DNA of 63,433 nt, the filler included, from Octopus bimaculoides (lineage: Eukaryota), in the NCBI RefSeq assembly GCF_001194135.2. It is 8 parts of 8 records of this genome, joined end to end, with 100 filler letters (N's around TTAATTAATTAA, not from the genome) between each part and the next. Parts side by side here need not be neighbours in the genome. Positions count along the whole stretch, not along the records: positions 6,392 to 23,994 come from NC_068984.1; positions 24,095 to 32,416 come from NC_068981.1; 6 more parts are not named here. One strand, written 5' to 3'. The notes below the pieces were generated by a model. That model ran no database searches, was not told the DNA's origin, and saw only the letters and a program-made list of their open reading frames with translations. Made by a program: the position numbers and the translations under genes. Positions 12,832 through 24,970 of the stretch are shown here, one piece after another; within the stretch, counting starts at the first letter, position 1, and the number at the start of each line of letters is the position of its first letter.

Positions 12832-12864
12832 AAGGCTGTTTATCCATTCTGTCGATAGAAAATG
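12832..12864 (+). CDS. Candidate 33-nt internal exon
   Basis: Acceptor tcctatttgttcaccttacag| and donor aatg|gtaaga. Two frames are open (RLFIHSVDRK or GCLSILSIEN). Confidence 0.3.
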
Positions 12865-12971
12865 GTAAGAGCATTTAACTTAGGTACCGTTGTTTTTAAT
12901 AATTCCAGGAATGTTTCTAACAAATCAGGAATTTCCGACTGTCAGACAAAGTCTTTTCCTTGCTCTACACC

Positions 12972-13346
12972 CGATGATGATATATTGATGATGATGATGA
13001 CGATGATGATGATGATGATGATGATGATCATGATGATCATGATGGTGAAGAGGATGAGGCTCACAATAATGATGATGATGAATATGATAACAACGATGAC
13101 GATAGTGATAAAAATGACTAAATGGTTTATCATCATCATCGTCGTCGTCGTCGTCATCATCATCATCTTCATCATTGTCCGCGTCGGCGTCGCTGCCACT
13201 GGTGTATTTCCACCCTCTTTCCTTTCTTCTTCTTCTTCTTCTTTTTCTTCTTCTTCTTCTTCTTCTTCTTCTTCTTCTTCTTCTTCTTCTTCTTCTTCTT
13301 CTTCTTCTTCTTCTTCTTCTTCTTCTTCTTCTTCTTCTTCTTCTTC
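12972..13346. repeat. Compound trinucleotide microsatellite (GAT)n-(CAT)n-(GTC)n-(TTC)n running into a gap
   Basis: Direct reading; it explains the poly-M/S/E/K/R/F/L ORFs in the track. Confidence 0.95.
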
Positions 13347-14019
13347 NNNNNNNNNNNNNNNNNNNNNNNNNNNNNNNNNNNNNNNNNNNNNNNNNNNNNN
13401 NNNNNNNNNNNNNNNNNNNNNNNNNNNNNNNNNNNNNNNNNNNNNNNNNNNNNNNNNNNNNNNNNNNNNNNNNNNNNNNNNNNNNNNNNNNNNNNNNNNN
13501 NNNNNNNNNNNNNNNNNNNNNNNNNNNNNNNNNNNNNNNNNNNNNNNNNNNNNNNNNNNNNNNNNNNNNNNNNNNNNNNNNNNNNNNNNNNNNNNNNNNN
13601 NNNNNNNNNNNNNNNNNNNNNNNNNNNNNNNNNNNNNNNNNNNNNNNNNNNNNNNNNNNNNNNNNNNNNNNNNNNNNNNNNNNNNNNNNNNNNNNNNNNN
13701 NNNNNNNNNNNNNNNNNNNNNNNNNNNNNNNNNNNNNNNNNNNNNNNNNNNNNNNNNNNNNNNNNNNNNNNNNNNNNNNNNNNNNNNNNNNNNNNNNNNN
13801 NNNNNNNNNNNNNNNNNNNNNNNNNNNNNNNNNNNNNNNNNNNNNNNNNNNNNNNNNNNNNNNNNNNNNNNNNNNNNNNNNNNNNNNNNTAATATATAAA
13901 TAAAAGCATATATACATGCATATATGTGCATACTTACATATATATGTATATATACATGCAAATATGGGTACAGTACATCAAAAAATCGTAGACACAATGA
14001 GAAACGAAAACATACAAAC

Positions 14020-14500
14020 AAAAACATTAAAAAAAACGAACTATTTTTTGAACAGCGAAAAATAAACAAACAGAGAAACGAGACAGGCAACATAAAGCTC
14101 ATTCCCCTTCATCAGTTGTCCCCTGTTTCATCTACTCCGCGTTTTGAAGGTAAGGACAAAACGCGACTTCGTTAAAACAGTCCTTCCCGCAAAGCAAATT
14201 AAATATAATTTGGGATGTTTTGCGGTGGGTGAAAGTGGTAACAAAAACAGGACAGTGAGAACAAGACAGTAAAAACAAAACAGTAAGCCAAAACGATGTG
14301 AAGATTATGAACGTTAAAACGACGAGCTTTGAGAAGAGACAGCTCTTCCTCGGAAAGATGAAAGGGATAATGGGAAAAAGTCCAAAGAAGGAACAGATGG
14401 AGAAATCACCAACTGCACACATGCAGTTACGTTGCTGAACTGGCCAGCAATAGCTCTGGCGAAATTAGCATTAATTTTCCTAGGTCGTTCAATTTTCCTC
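14020..14500 (-). mobile_element. Dispersed repeat related to the 16349-16620 palindrome
   Basis: Minus strand ggagtagatgaaacaggggacaactgatgaagggg resembles ggagtagagggacagcctacaactgatgaagggt at about 16505-16540, followed by a similar T-rich tail. Confidence 0.55.
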
Positions 14501-15369
14501 AAAAGATCAATAAACTAATTGAGTAAAACTATCAGTATTGTACCTATAATGACTAATGGAAACAGCTGCAAGTCAAGTTTGCTCTAATAAAGGAATTATA
14601 TGTGATGGCCATTATTTTAAACTTGTTTTTTTATATATCATTCTGTAAAAACCAGTATTTCTGAAGCCTATTCATAATTTCCAATATAGAATTGTGATGA
14701 TCTATAACTCGGGACATACCAAAAGATTACTTGGAGTTCTTCACTAATCCGAGTAATATTGTTAACCTGGGGTGTCAACAGAGCTTATGAAGTATTTTAC
14801 CCGGAATGATAATCCGTCACGATTTGTTATNNNNNNNNNNNNNNNNNNNNNNNNNNNNNNNNNNNNNNNNNNNNNNNNNNNNNNNNNNNNNNNNNNNNNN
14901 NNNNNNNNNNNNNNNNNNNNNNNNNNNNNNNNNNNNNNNNNNNNNNNNNNNNNNNNNNNNNNNNNNNNNNNNNNNNNNNNNNNNNNNNNNNNNNNNNNNN
15001 NNNNNNNNNNNNNNNNNNNNNNNNNNNNNNNNNNNNNNNNNNNNNNNNNNNNNNNNNNNNNNNNNNNNNNNNNNNNNNNNNNNNNNNNNNNNNNNNNNNN
15101 NNNNNNNNNNNNNNNNNNNNNNNNNNNNNNNNNNNNNNNNNNNNNNNNNNNNNNNNNNNNNNNNNNNNNNNNNNNNNNNNNNNNNNNNNNNNNNNNNNNN
15201 NNNNNNNNNNNNNNNNNNNNNNNNNNNNNNNNNNNNATATATACATGTGTGTGTGTGTGTGTGTGTATGTCGAACGATAAATATGCGTGCTCTACAAGGC
15301 ATTGGTGGATATGATTTCTTTATTTGTGAATTAATGCTACCATTGGTTTTATGTCAAGAAAAGTAAGAA

Positions 15370-15935
15370 AATATATTAGTGTCTTAATTTTTCAAGCCGA
15401 TCACGTGGAAAAAATTGTTCGCCACTATTTTGAAAAAACACAGTCTCGTTTAGTTCGCGGAGATTCTCCTCAATTCATGTGAATAAAACATTGAATCAAG
15501 GGACGTTACTATTGGGTGGCATCCTTTGAATGTTTGTCTTCCTTGGAGACAGCAATTTAGAGAAGTAAGACCTTGGTGACACTTTCGTCAATTGGAGAGT
15601 GTCATTAATTTTCTGGCAAAGTCAGAGTATCACACAAGGCAAGACACGTTGCTAGGGATATGCCTTTTGATAGCCGTCATACATATATACGGAGATGTGG
15701 TTTTGTTTAGTCAGTCTTCATTCATGTGCTTAACAAGATTCTTTGGACAATGTTTTAGTCCGTAGATGAAATTGTATCAAATTCACCAGTTTCATTAACT
15801 TCATTAATTCATCCAAATTAAAACTACGTAGCAGTAACTGTCAAACTCTTTATGTGAATAATGCAGGGAACAGCCACCAGGGTCATCATTCTTTAGAAGT
15901 TTCAGTTCTTTCTGATGCTGTACCAGTTTAAGTTC
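15370..15935 (-). mobile_element. hAT (Charlie/SPIN-like) transposase relic
   Basis: Minus-strand frames give, in the correct order, CIIHIKSL (about 15865), LMKLMKLVNLIQ, GLKH, V*RLSKG (from VRWLSKG, 15662-15682) and LTSLNCCLQGR (about 15545). Multiple stops and frameshifts. Confidence 0.75.
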
Positions 15936-16152
15936 TGAAATAACAGTGTTTTGTATTCGTGGTCGCTATTATAGTCCTGTATATTGATATCTCATACATA
16001 TAAATCTCTACATGCATGAATAGGTTCTAACAATTAGCACTTCCTAAAATTTAATAAATAAAAATTCTCTGCACCATCTGGCCGCCACAGCCTATTATAC
16101 AGCTTAATTAAAATTTAACTCGGGTTACTCTAGAACATTTTTAACTTAACAG

Positions 16153-16264
16153 GTCTGTATTAAGCCAAGATAAACTTAAACGATGGCTCAGCTGGTCGAA
16201 ACTTCGAAGTCTTTGTCAATACTATTCCAACAAACGTATTGAACAGTCCTTTAATTTAATGTAA
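16153..16264 (+). CDS. Candidate exon (SVLSQDKLKRWLSWSKLRSLCQYYSNKRIEQSFNLM*)
   Basis: Acceptor catttttaacttaacag|. The frame is open for 36 codons and phase-compatible with 12832-12864. A possible donor follows 16235 (GTATTG). Confidence 0.2.
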
Positions 16265-16348
16265 AACTATATTAATTATATCATAAAAACAAATATTAAT
16301 ATTAATATATACACACTTGGAAATGGATGCGTGGCGTNNNNNNNNNNC

Positions 16349-16620
16349 AAACCATAAACAACATGAAATACGAAAAAACAAATGAGTTGAATACGCAAAC
16401 GAGAGAAACAAATGGAAAACAGGACAAGTAATATAAAGAACGACCCTTCATCAGTTATCGGCTGTCCCTCTACTCCGCATTTGTCGTTCAATGCTCGAAA
16501 TGAGGAGTAGAGGGACAGCCTACAACTGATGAAGGGTCGTTACTTGTCCTGTTTTCTATTTGTTTCTCTCGTTTGCGTATTCGACTCATTTGTTTTCGTA
16601 TTACATGTTTTTTATGGTTT
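16349..16620. repeat. About 270-bp palindrome (arms about 16349-16482 and 16498-16620, 15-nt spacer)
   Basis: Arms are reverse complements with a few substitutions and one 8-9-nt indel. Confidence 0.9.
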
Positions 16621-16981
16621 ATGACATCCTGTACCCATATATATGCATATATATATATTATTTATATTATATATCGTCCTTTTCTCTTCAAACACTATGA
16701 TTATCCCCCACTCCCCATCACTGCCCTTCACACTGTATCGCTGTTTTCCCCCACCCCCTCTTCATAGCCAGGTTCTCACCAGTCACTGCCATCCCCACTC
16801 CCTACTCGCGCCGTCTTGGCAATATCTGGCCGCGTATATTATGACATCCGTACCTTGAGGGCATACTTTCTCTTTTCCTTACTCTACCATCCCGTCTACG
16901 CTCTGATCCCTGTTACTTGTGAATATATACTGGCGCTTCACCAACCATCTCTCTCCTGATCTCTCTTGCATTTTTGCTGTT

Positions 16982-17029
<48 letters not shown>

Positions 17030-17727
17030 NNNNNNNNNNNNNNNNNNNNNNNNNNNNNNNNNNNNNNNNNNNNNNNNNNNNNNNNNNNNNNNNNNNNNNN
17101 NNNNNNNNNNNNNNNNNNNNNNNNNNNNNNNNNNNNNNNNNNNNNNNNNNNNNNNNNNNNNNNNNNNNNNNNNNNNNNNNNNNNNNNNNNNNNNNNNNNN
17201 NNNNNNNNNNNNNNNNNNNNNNNNNNNNNNNNNNNNNNNNNNNNNNNNNNNNNNNNNNNNNNNNNNNNNNNNNNNNNNNNNNNNNNNNNNNNNNNNNNNN
17301 NNNNNNNNNNNNNNNNNNNNNNNNNNNNNNNNNNNNNNNNNNNNNNNNNNNNNNNNNNNNNNNNNNNNNNNNNNNNNNNNNNNNNNNNNNNNNNNNNNNN
17401 NNNNNNNNNNNNNNNNNNNNNNNNNNNNNNNNNNNNNNNNNNNNNNNNNNNNNNNNNNNNNNNNNNNNNNNNNNNNNNNNNNNNNNNNNNNNNNNNNNNN
17501 NNNNNNNNNNNNNNNNNNNNNNNNNNNNNNNNNNNNNNNNNNNNNNNNNNNNNNNNNNNNNNNNNNNNNNNNNNNNNNNNNNNNNNNNNNNNNNNNNNNN
17601 NNNNNNNNNNNNNNNNNNNNNNNNNNNNNNNNNNNNNNNNNNNNNNNNNNNNNNNNNNNNNNNNNNNNNNNNNNNNNNNNNNNNNNNNNNNNNNNNNNNN
17701 NNNNNNNNNNNNNNNNNNNNNNNNNNN

Positions 17728-17800
<73 letters not shown>

Positions 17801-18101
17801 AGTGGCGACTGCGTGCGTCACTCCGTTAGCCCGAGTACATATTTAAGAAAGTGAACGTGTATTTGCAAGCTGATTTAATTTCTGGCAACACTGACTTCAA
17901 GTATGTAATTGCAGCCAATAACTCTGGCTCCTTCTATTGAGCCTGGTCGCAGTTCATTTATTTCGCGCTTGTCTTAGAGGTGCCCTGTGTCAAAAAATAT
18001 CATTCGTAGCAGACGTTCTCTTGACATCGTTCACACGCGCCTGACTCAGGTTTAGAAGTTACAGCCAGAGTTGTTATCTATAATCGTAAAAATTTAAAAT
18101 A

Positions 18102-19203
18102 TTAGGTTGTTCCGAAAATAATGGCCACTCTAAGTGTTGTGTTTTGAAACACAATTTTATCATAGCATTTTAATTATATTTTATGTGAACTTCGACATAC
18201 TTAATAATTGATGTATGCTCTATAATAATGTTCTTGTTATTTCAGACAGAAAACAATTCTTGAAGCATAGGCGCACTTAACTATGAACATGACAAAAAAG
18301 GATCTTCGTTTGCTTTTCTTGTATGAGTTCAAGCTTGGACACAGTGCCTCCCAAACTTAGTGGTGAGGAGAGCCTTGAAGATAAAGAAGGTAGGGAACGG
18401 TCATGCAGTCATGAAAACAATTGTTGAACAAAACCTATGTCAAAGTGTCGGAGATATGTCTCAGGCACATGGTGTCGGTATTGCAACGATCTAATGCAAT
18501 CTACTGAATATTGGTAAGGTGAGAAAGCTCGATAAATGGGTATCGCATGAAGTTTGGCGTTTTGAAGTGTGCTTCATGCTCTTTTTGCGAAACACTAATG
18601 ATCCTTTTCTTGACCGAATAGTCACTTGTGACGCAAAGTGGATCCTTTATGATAACTGTAAACGGTCAGCCAAAGTTGCGTCAGCAAAAGATTATGGTGA
18701 CTGTCTGGTGGACTGCTATTGCTGTTGTCCATTACTGCTTTTTGAAATACAATCAGAGCATTACAGTAGATGTTTACTGCAATCAACTCGCTGAAATGCG
18801 TGCTTACTTGCAAAAAATGGCCCAATTCTGCTCCGCAATAAGGCAAAGCCACATGTTGCAAAATGACGTTGTAGAAACTCACAGACTTGGGATATGAGAC
18901 TTTACCACATCCTCCATATTCTCCTGATCTTTCACCCACTGACAATCAATTTATAAGAATTTAAAAACGTTTTAAGTGTTAAAACTTTCAGGTCCAAACC
19001 AGAGGGGGAATCAGGTTTCAAAGATTTCTTAGCATCAAAGCCAATAAATTTTTATCAACAAGGCATAAATAATCTCGTTGATCGATGCCAGAGATGCATA
19101 TGTGTCCACGGCTCATACTTTGACTAATCAAAACATTTCTATTGTTATTTTTTCCAGAATAAAATTGTTTCTGAAATCGGCCATAATTTTCGGAACAACC
19201 TAA
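18102..19203 (+). mobile_element. Mariner DNA transposon with both TIRs and TA TSDs; decayed, internally shortened transposase (about 18283-19130)
   Basis: TIR ttaggttgttccgaaaataatggcc / ggccataattttcggaacaacctaa with TA at 18100-18101 and 19204-19205. Peptides: MNMTKKDLRLLFLYEFKLGHSASQT, WVSHEV (WVPHEL motif), DRIVTCDAKWILYDN and HPPYSPDLSPTD (YSPDLAP motif). Confidence 0.95.
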
Positions 19204-19999
19204 TAATTCAAAGTCAATGTTTTTCTTTTGAAACAATAAATTTCTATAGAGATTAGGATCTAAATTCCAATCCATGAAAAGTTTCTGTTCTACAATATTC
19301 TTAAAGGAAAGAAAAATTATCCAGCAAATCGGGCTAATACGATCGAGCCTAGTAGGTGTAAAAAACTAACTGGCATCTCTTGTCAAGAGTACAGGCGACA
19401 ATCAGATCGCTGATGTTTTGTTGCGCACTCCGCTGTCGTTATTTGATTGCTGTTATTCTGTGCGACTGTGAGTAAAGATCAGCTATATTTTGCAGGGTTG
19501 CTTTAGTTTTACCCATAACTTAGAAATGGGGCTAGAAATAAGGCGAAAAAACATGAAATTTTTCGAGCAGACAGGTGTCTTATGCGAAATCTGTGATGAG
19601 CTCGAGTGAAGCTGATAACCTGGAGTCGCTTCTTAAATTCGAAATTACTCCACACACCGAGAACCAAGTGCACCCCGCTTCATAATTATTGTCCTAAACA
19701 ACTTGTTTCCGATTTCTTTGATATATTGCACGTTTCTTGTTAGGTCTTCTATTTAAACAAAAGACAAGAAAAATATCTAGAATTGGGCGGGACCTTTTTT
19801 TAAAACAAGAAAAGAAAATTGTCTAAATAAGTCTATGTGGTTGTTAACGATCTAGATGTCGGCGTTTGAATTGATGTCAGCCTTAGCTTAAATACTACTT
19901 GTTCTGGAATATATGTGTGTGTATACAAACATGCATACATACATGCATACATATGTGTGTGTGTGTTTATGCATGTGTATACATATGAGCATGTATGCG

Positions 20000-20033
<34 letters not shown>

Positions 20034-20830
20034 AACATATTTGAATGTATGTATATACATAGCTATATATATACGTACGTACGTACATACACACATAGAC
20101 ACACGCAATTATATATGTATACGTGTGTGTGTGTGTGTGTGCACATGCGCCTGAGTTTTCAGAACAAATAGTATTTGAGCTGAGATTGACCTCAATTCAA
20201 ACACCGACATCCAGATCGTTATCAACCACATAGACATGCATAGACACATTTTTAAGAGGGCTCCGCCCATTCCAACATATTTTTTCTTCTTCCTTCCATT
20301 TCTTTTTAATGCTAGACCTGACAAGAAGCATGTTATGTATTAAAAGAACGCTCGATGATTGTTCAATAATTAACATTAATACTAAAACTACTCCAAGTTT
20401 ATCGAATTCGAAACCTTTCTTTCGAAACCTTTTTTGCTAAGAGACGGTCCTGGTCAGAATCTTGAATACAAATATGTAATTTCACATTTTGCTAAATTTG
20501 TTTTGGTATAAAGATAAATACTAATTATCTATTAGATCTCTACACAAGTAAGAAAATTAGTTAGTTCACATTATGTATAACGATACATGGGTGATGCAAT
20601 ATGTTTTCATAAATTTTGCCCTCTACTTTGACATTTTTGATACCGGAGTTGTCTGAAAAATGGCTCAAATTGTTGATTTACGTGGCAATGAACTTATATT
20701 TCGAAAGATATCAACTTCACTCAGTTAAATATGTCTTTTAGTGCAGTCCGCGAAGTTTATTCTTAATTTTGTTAGTCACAAGATCAGGCAGACCTCGTGC
20801 TCATACACATATATATATATATATATATAT

Positions 20831-21524
20831 TAATAATTATATACATAATTATAACAAGGGATAGGCTATAAGCCTCTCTGCGCGGTAGAAAAATAGACGC
20901 CTAAAAACGCTATTACCACCTTAAACACTCCGAAAAATAAAACATGGGCTGTAGTCGGGCAAAAGAAAAATAATGAATTAAACTCCTGGTTAACCGTGTA
21001 CAAGATCCTGTTTCAAGGTTTAAACATTTTTAATTACTGCTCTAATCACCAACAATATTCCATAGTATAAATTGACGAGTATCTACACATACGTATACTA
21101 GCAACGACTTCGTACACCAATATATATACACACTCGTTGGAATATACAGTAGAATTCTCATCTCTCTTTTTCAACCACGTGTAATATATTAAAGCATACT
21201 CTGCAGTGAATGCAGTTTTGATCAAGGAGTAAATTTTTCAAATATTAATTATAATACGTATGTGTAGATACTCGTCACTTTACACTACGGAATATCGTTG
21301 CTGATGAGAGCAGTGTGTAATTTAATTTTTACTTTAAGATTGAAACAGGATCTTGTACACGGTTAACAAAAGTTTAATTCATTATCTTTCTTTTGCCTGA
21401 CTACAGTCCGTGTTTTCTTTTTCGAAGTTGTTAAGGTGGTAATTGCGTCTTTAGGCGTCTATTTTTCTAGCGCGTAGAGAGACTTATAGCCTATCTCTTG
21501 TTATAATTATGTATATAATTATTA
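20831..21524. mobile_element. Foldback/MITE-like element with about 260-bp inverted arms
   Basis: taataattatatacataattataacaag...gagtatctacacatacgtat (to about 21087) mirrored by atacgtatgtgtagatactc...cttgttataattatgtatataattatta (about 21255-21524); spacer about 165 nt. Confidence 0.85.
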
Positions 21525-21802
21525 GAATATTTATAAAATTTACCTATAAGGTTTTTATTTCCGCGCTGATCCCTTGGTAAAATCATTAATGATTTTTACC
21601 ATTTATCATAATGTATATATGTATATACATCTGTAAATAATATGCCACAATTATTCGGTAGCCATGATAAAACTCCGAGTTTCGGATGTCGGGGCGGAAA
21701 CCCACGCCATCATCTCTTCAGTTATCTGGCCGTCGAAAATGCTATGAAAATGACTGTTAAACAAAGGGAAATTATTAAGACAAAAAAAGTTATTAGAATG
21801 AC

Positions 21803-21901
<99 letters not shown>

Positions 21902-21939
21902 ATATACACATACATATGTGTGTATTTTGAGTGTGTGTA

Positions 21940-22140
21940 TGTGTGCCTTTGTGGTCGTGCTTGTCCCCCACAATCGCTTAATAATCCATGTTGGTGTATT
22001 TACGTCCCCGTAACTTAGCTGTTTAGTGGTTCTACAAAAGAGTCCGATGGAACAAGTACCCAGCTTTAAAAACAGATGAGTCGATCCTTTCGACTAAAAT
22101 TCTTGAAGACGCAGTCTAATGACTGAAACAGGTGAAACAT
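21940..22140 (+). mobile_element. SINE family A 3' part (after its internal CA microsatellite)
   Basis: ttgtcccccacaatcgctt...tacgtccccgtaacttagc...gactgaaacagg. Confidence 0.7.
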
Positions 22141-22573
22141 AAGAGGCAAATATTAGTAGTTAATCCGAGAACTGTTTACAAAAGTACTAATATTCTTTTC
22201 TACTCTCGGCACAAGGCCCGAAATTTTGGGGGAGGAAGCCAGTAGATTTTGTTGATGTTTTGCCACATAATTATATATATATATTTATATATAAATAATT
22301 ATGTAGTAAAACAGCAACAAGTAGGATAGCACCCGATCAGCTAAGAGAATAAAGATAATGTTATAATAAAAACCACAATTCTTGTTAAATACAGCTACGC
22401 AGGGTTTTCTAGTCGAAACATTAATTTACTTCGCCATTTTTCAAGCTGAGAATAAGACACTTGTCTGAAGTTACAACCATAAACTCTAAAACCTACCAGG
22501 ATGTACTGAAAAGTTGCTATCTAATATGAATTTCCATAATCGCACTATATTTCAGCTGGACGGTAGTATATAG

Positions 22574-23146
22574 GACGCCCTTCGGTTATAAATGACTATG
22601 GGATTGCACCTAGAAAGTTACCCTCCGAGGCACAAGTCCGGGCAAGGTTGTTTTATGGAAGACCAGCAGTCTTCCATGCATACGAGCCTCTCTGCTCCAC
22701 GCTACCGATGTTATCCGAGAGAAAGACAAAGGTCGATATAGCTTGGCACTAGTGATGTCGCAACTCATTTTTACAGCTGAGCGAACTGGGATCTGTTCAG
22801 TTTGGCTCACAGATTTTTTTTATTAATTTTTAAACCTAAACAGTTTGAAACTTCGTATACTGATGGAATGTCGCGGGCAAAAAGCAGTAGCTTTCTTCAG
22901 CCGAATAGACGTTGTTGATTGGTTGAAATTATCCAAATATGACAACTTTAACATGAAATAACTTCTAAAATACCAAATTTTGTCAAAAATGTTCAAAGTA
23001 AACCGTGTTCTGCTTGAGACATTCCACCAGTATACGAAGTTTCAAACTATTTAGTTAATGAAAATTAATTAAAAAATCTGTGAGCCAAACTCACTACCTC
23101 ATGATTGTGAGCCCGGCGCTCTAACCACTGAGTCATATGCCTTCAC
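22574..23146 (-). mobile_element. tRNA-derived SINE family D, interrupted and partly deleted by a MITE
   Basis: tRNA-like head on the minus strand (gtgaaggcatatgactcagtggttagagcgccgggctcacaatcatgagg, 23146-23095); the body/tail is at 22574-22789 and a homologous fragment is at 4430-4560. Confidence 0.7.
22798..23092. mobile_element. MITE with about 85-bp imperfect TIRs
   Basis: agtttggctcacagatttttt...agtttgaaacttcgtatactgatggaatgtc / gacattccaccagtatacgaagtttcaaact...aaaaaatctgtgagccaaact. Confidence 0.85.
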
Positions 23147-23171
23147 AGGATGATAAGTAAGTTAAATCAAA

Positions 23172-23414
23172 AGTTGCCTTCTCGAGTCATAACGACTCAT
23201 AAGGGCCGGTTTCCCGGTTTCCGTGGCGTATAAATTTCCCACCTGGACGGGACGCCAGTCTGTCGCAGGATCACACGTTTGCCAGGCGAGTGGACTGGAG
23301 CAACGTGAAATGAAGTGTTTCGCTCATGAGCACAACGCGTCAACCAGTCCAGTGATCGAAACCACAAACTTGCGATCGCGTGTCCAACACCCTAACCACT
23401 AAGCCACACTCCTC
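23172..23414 (-). mobile_element. tRNA-derived SINE (family E; resembles V-SINE-type elements)
   Basis: Minus strand: A-box gtggcttagtggttagggtgttgg, B-box ggtttcgatc, central acacttcatttcacgttgctccagtccac, 3' cctgcgacagactggcgtcccgtccagg. Confidence 0.7.
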
Positions 23415-23424
23415 TATAACTGGT

Positions 23425-23560
23425 TGGTGCAACTAGCCATTCGGCAAAATGCGTGAAAACCTAGCGACTCTTTTGGGTAAATTACTGAGTATATTTTCTG
23501 GCTTGAACCTCATAGAAAATACACGGGATGATATAAAAAAGAAAAATGCAGCTTATAATG
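23425..23560 (+). mobile_element. Tc1/mariner-superfamily transposase catalytic-domain relic
   Basis: GATSHSAKCVKT* ... SGLNLIENTRDDIKKK resembles D-A--H-A ... SPDLNPIENLW--LK. Confidence 0.45.
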
Positions 23561-23720
23561 CTTCACTAATTTCGGATCTAAAAGTGAATGTTTTTCGGGT
23601 TTAGATATAAACTAAAAAAATTCGGTTTTAAAAAATGGCTGCATTGCTGCTGTATTGAAGGCAAAAAGATTATCCTACCAAGAAATGTGCAGGGTAACGT
23701 TGATATTTGTACTTTTGTAA

Positions 23721-23990
23721 AGCAGAAACGTTAGCGCGCCGAGAAAAATGCTTACTGGTATTTCGTCTGTCTTTAGGTTCTGAGTTCAAATTCCGCCGAG
23801 GTCGACTTTGCCTTTCATCCTTTCGAAACATCAAGTACCCGTTACGAACTGGGGTCGATCTAGTTGACTGGCCCCCTCCCCAAAATTTCCGGGCCATATG
23901 CCTAGAGTAGAAAAGTTTCTTGAAAGCGGCCAGCTGGCAAAAACGTTAGCAAACCGGATGAAATGCTTAGCGGTATTTTGTCTGTATTTA
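23721..23990 (+). mobile_element. SINE family C (one near-complete copy plus the start of a second)
   Basis: gcagaaacgttagcgcgccgagaaaaatgcttac...gagttcaaattccgccgaggtcgactttgcctttcatcc...ggggtcgatc. Confidence 0.85.
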
Positions 23991-24094
23991 TGTTNNNNNN
24001 NNNNNNNNNNNNNNNNNNNNNNNNNNNNNNNNNNNNNNTTAATTAATTAANNNNNNNNNNNNNNNNNNNNNNNNNNNNNNNNNNNNNNNNNNNN

Positions 24095-24394
24095 TGGACA
24101 AGATAACCCAAGAACCGCTTAATGGATCCGGATGAAACTTTCAGGGATGTTTGACCTCGTGACTGGCACGAACTGACTAGATTTTGGGATCGATCCGGTA
24201 CCGGACAAGGATCCTGAATTATTTGTTATATTTATTTTACTTTACACGAAGTATAGCTGCCGGGCTTATTTTTAGTATTCTTGTTTGTGAGAGCAGTCGA
24301 GTTTATTTCAGATATTCTCAATTTTAAAATAATCTTCAGCTAATCGTTGAGAGGACGTTGGTGTTGCCTTGGCGGAGGTTTGCGCTCACTGAGT
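24095..24394 (+). mobile_element. Non-autonomous DINE-1/Helentron-associated-like element, 5' end lost in a gap
   Basis: gataacccaagaaccgcttaatggatccggatgaaactttcaggg...agattttgggatcgatccgg...ccttggcggaggtttgcgctc, an architecture recalled from HINE/DINE-like elements. Confidence 0.45.
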
Positions 24395-24756
24395 TATATA
24401 GTTTCTTGCATAAATTAAGTATCTTCTAGATTAATCAATATAATGTTAAACTCATTTTATCTGCTACTCATGCTATTCTTTCCCAAACAGTTAAACTCTA
24501 ACGTGTATTTTTTTAGTTTTGGTATTTTTCATCCCCATTGCTATATTCTAGGGAATTTCAGATAATCTCAGCTAATATTTACCCCTAACTTTAAAAAAAA
24601 TAGTGTTAGGAGAGTATTGTTACTGTAACTATTAGAATGTTTTCACGAATATGCATGTAAAATATTGTAAGCACATGTCTAATTCTTACTTAGTATATCT
24701 AAGTCCAGTCTTTTTCATGTAGTTGGTTTCGAACGTTAATATATTCCGTTATTCAA

Positions 24757-24970
24757 GGCGGTGAGCTGACAGGATCGTTGGCACGTCGAGGAAAATGCTT
24801 AGCGGCATTTTGTCCGTCTTCACGTTCCGAGTTCAAATGCAGCCGAGGTTCACTTAGCCTTTCATCCTATCGGGGTCAATAAAATAAGTACCAGTTGAAC
24901 ACGGGTCAATGTTATCAACTTACCCCCTACCCTGAACTTGCTGGCCTTGTGCTAAAATCTGAAAACAATA
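24757..24970 (+). mobile_element. SINE family C
   Basis: ggcggtgagctgacaggatcgttggcacg...gagttcaaatgcagccgaggttcacttagcctttcatcctatcggggtcaataaaataagtaccag. Confidence 0.85.

Noticed and set aside
12862-14102. Long ORFs (poly-M/S/E/K/R/F/L)
   Set aside because: They are translations of trinucleotide microsatellites plus an N gap. The same applies to every X-containing or YI/CV/HT-repeat ORF in the track.
14318-14362. Minus-strand CCGAGGA-A-GAGC...GCTC hammerhead-like half
   Set aside because: GAAA box and stem I are missing; too degenerate to call.
21294-21350. CTGATGAG in the foldback right arm
   Set aside because: No matching stem II/GAAA geometry.
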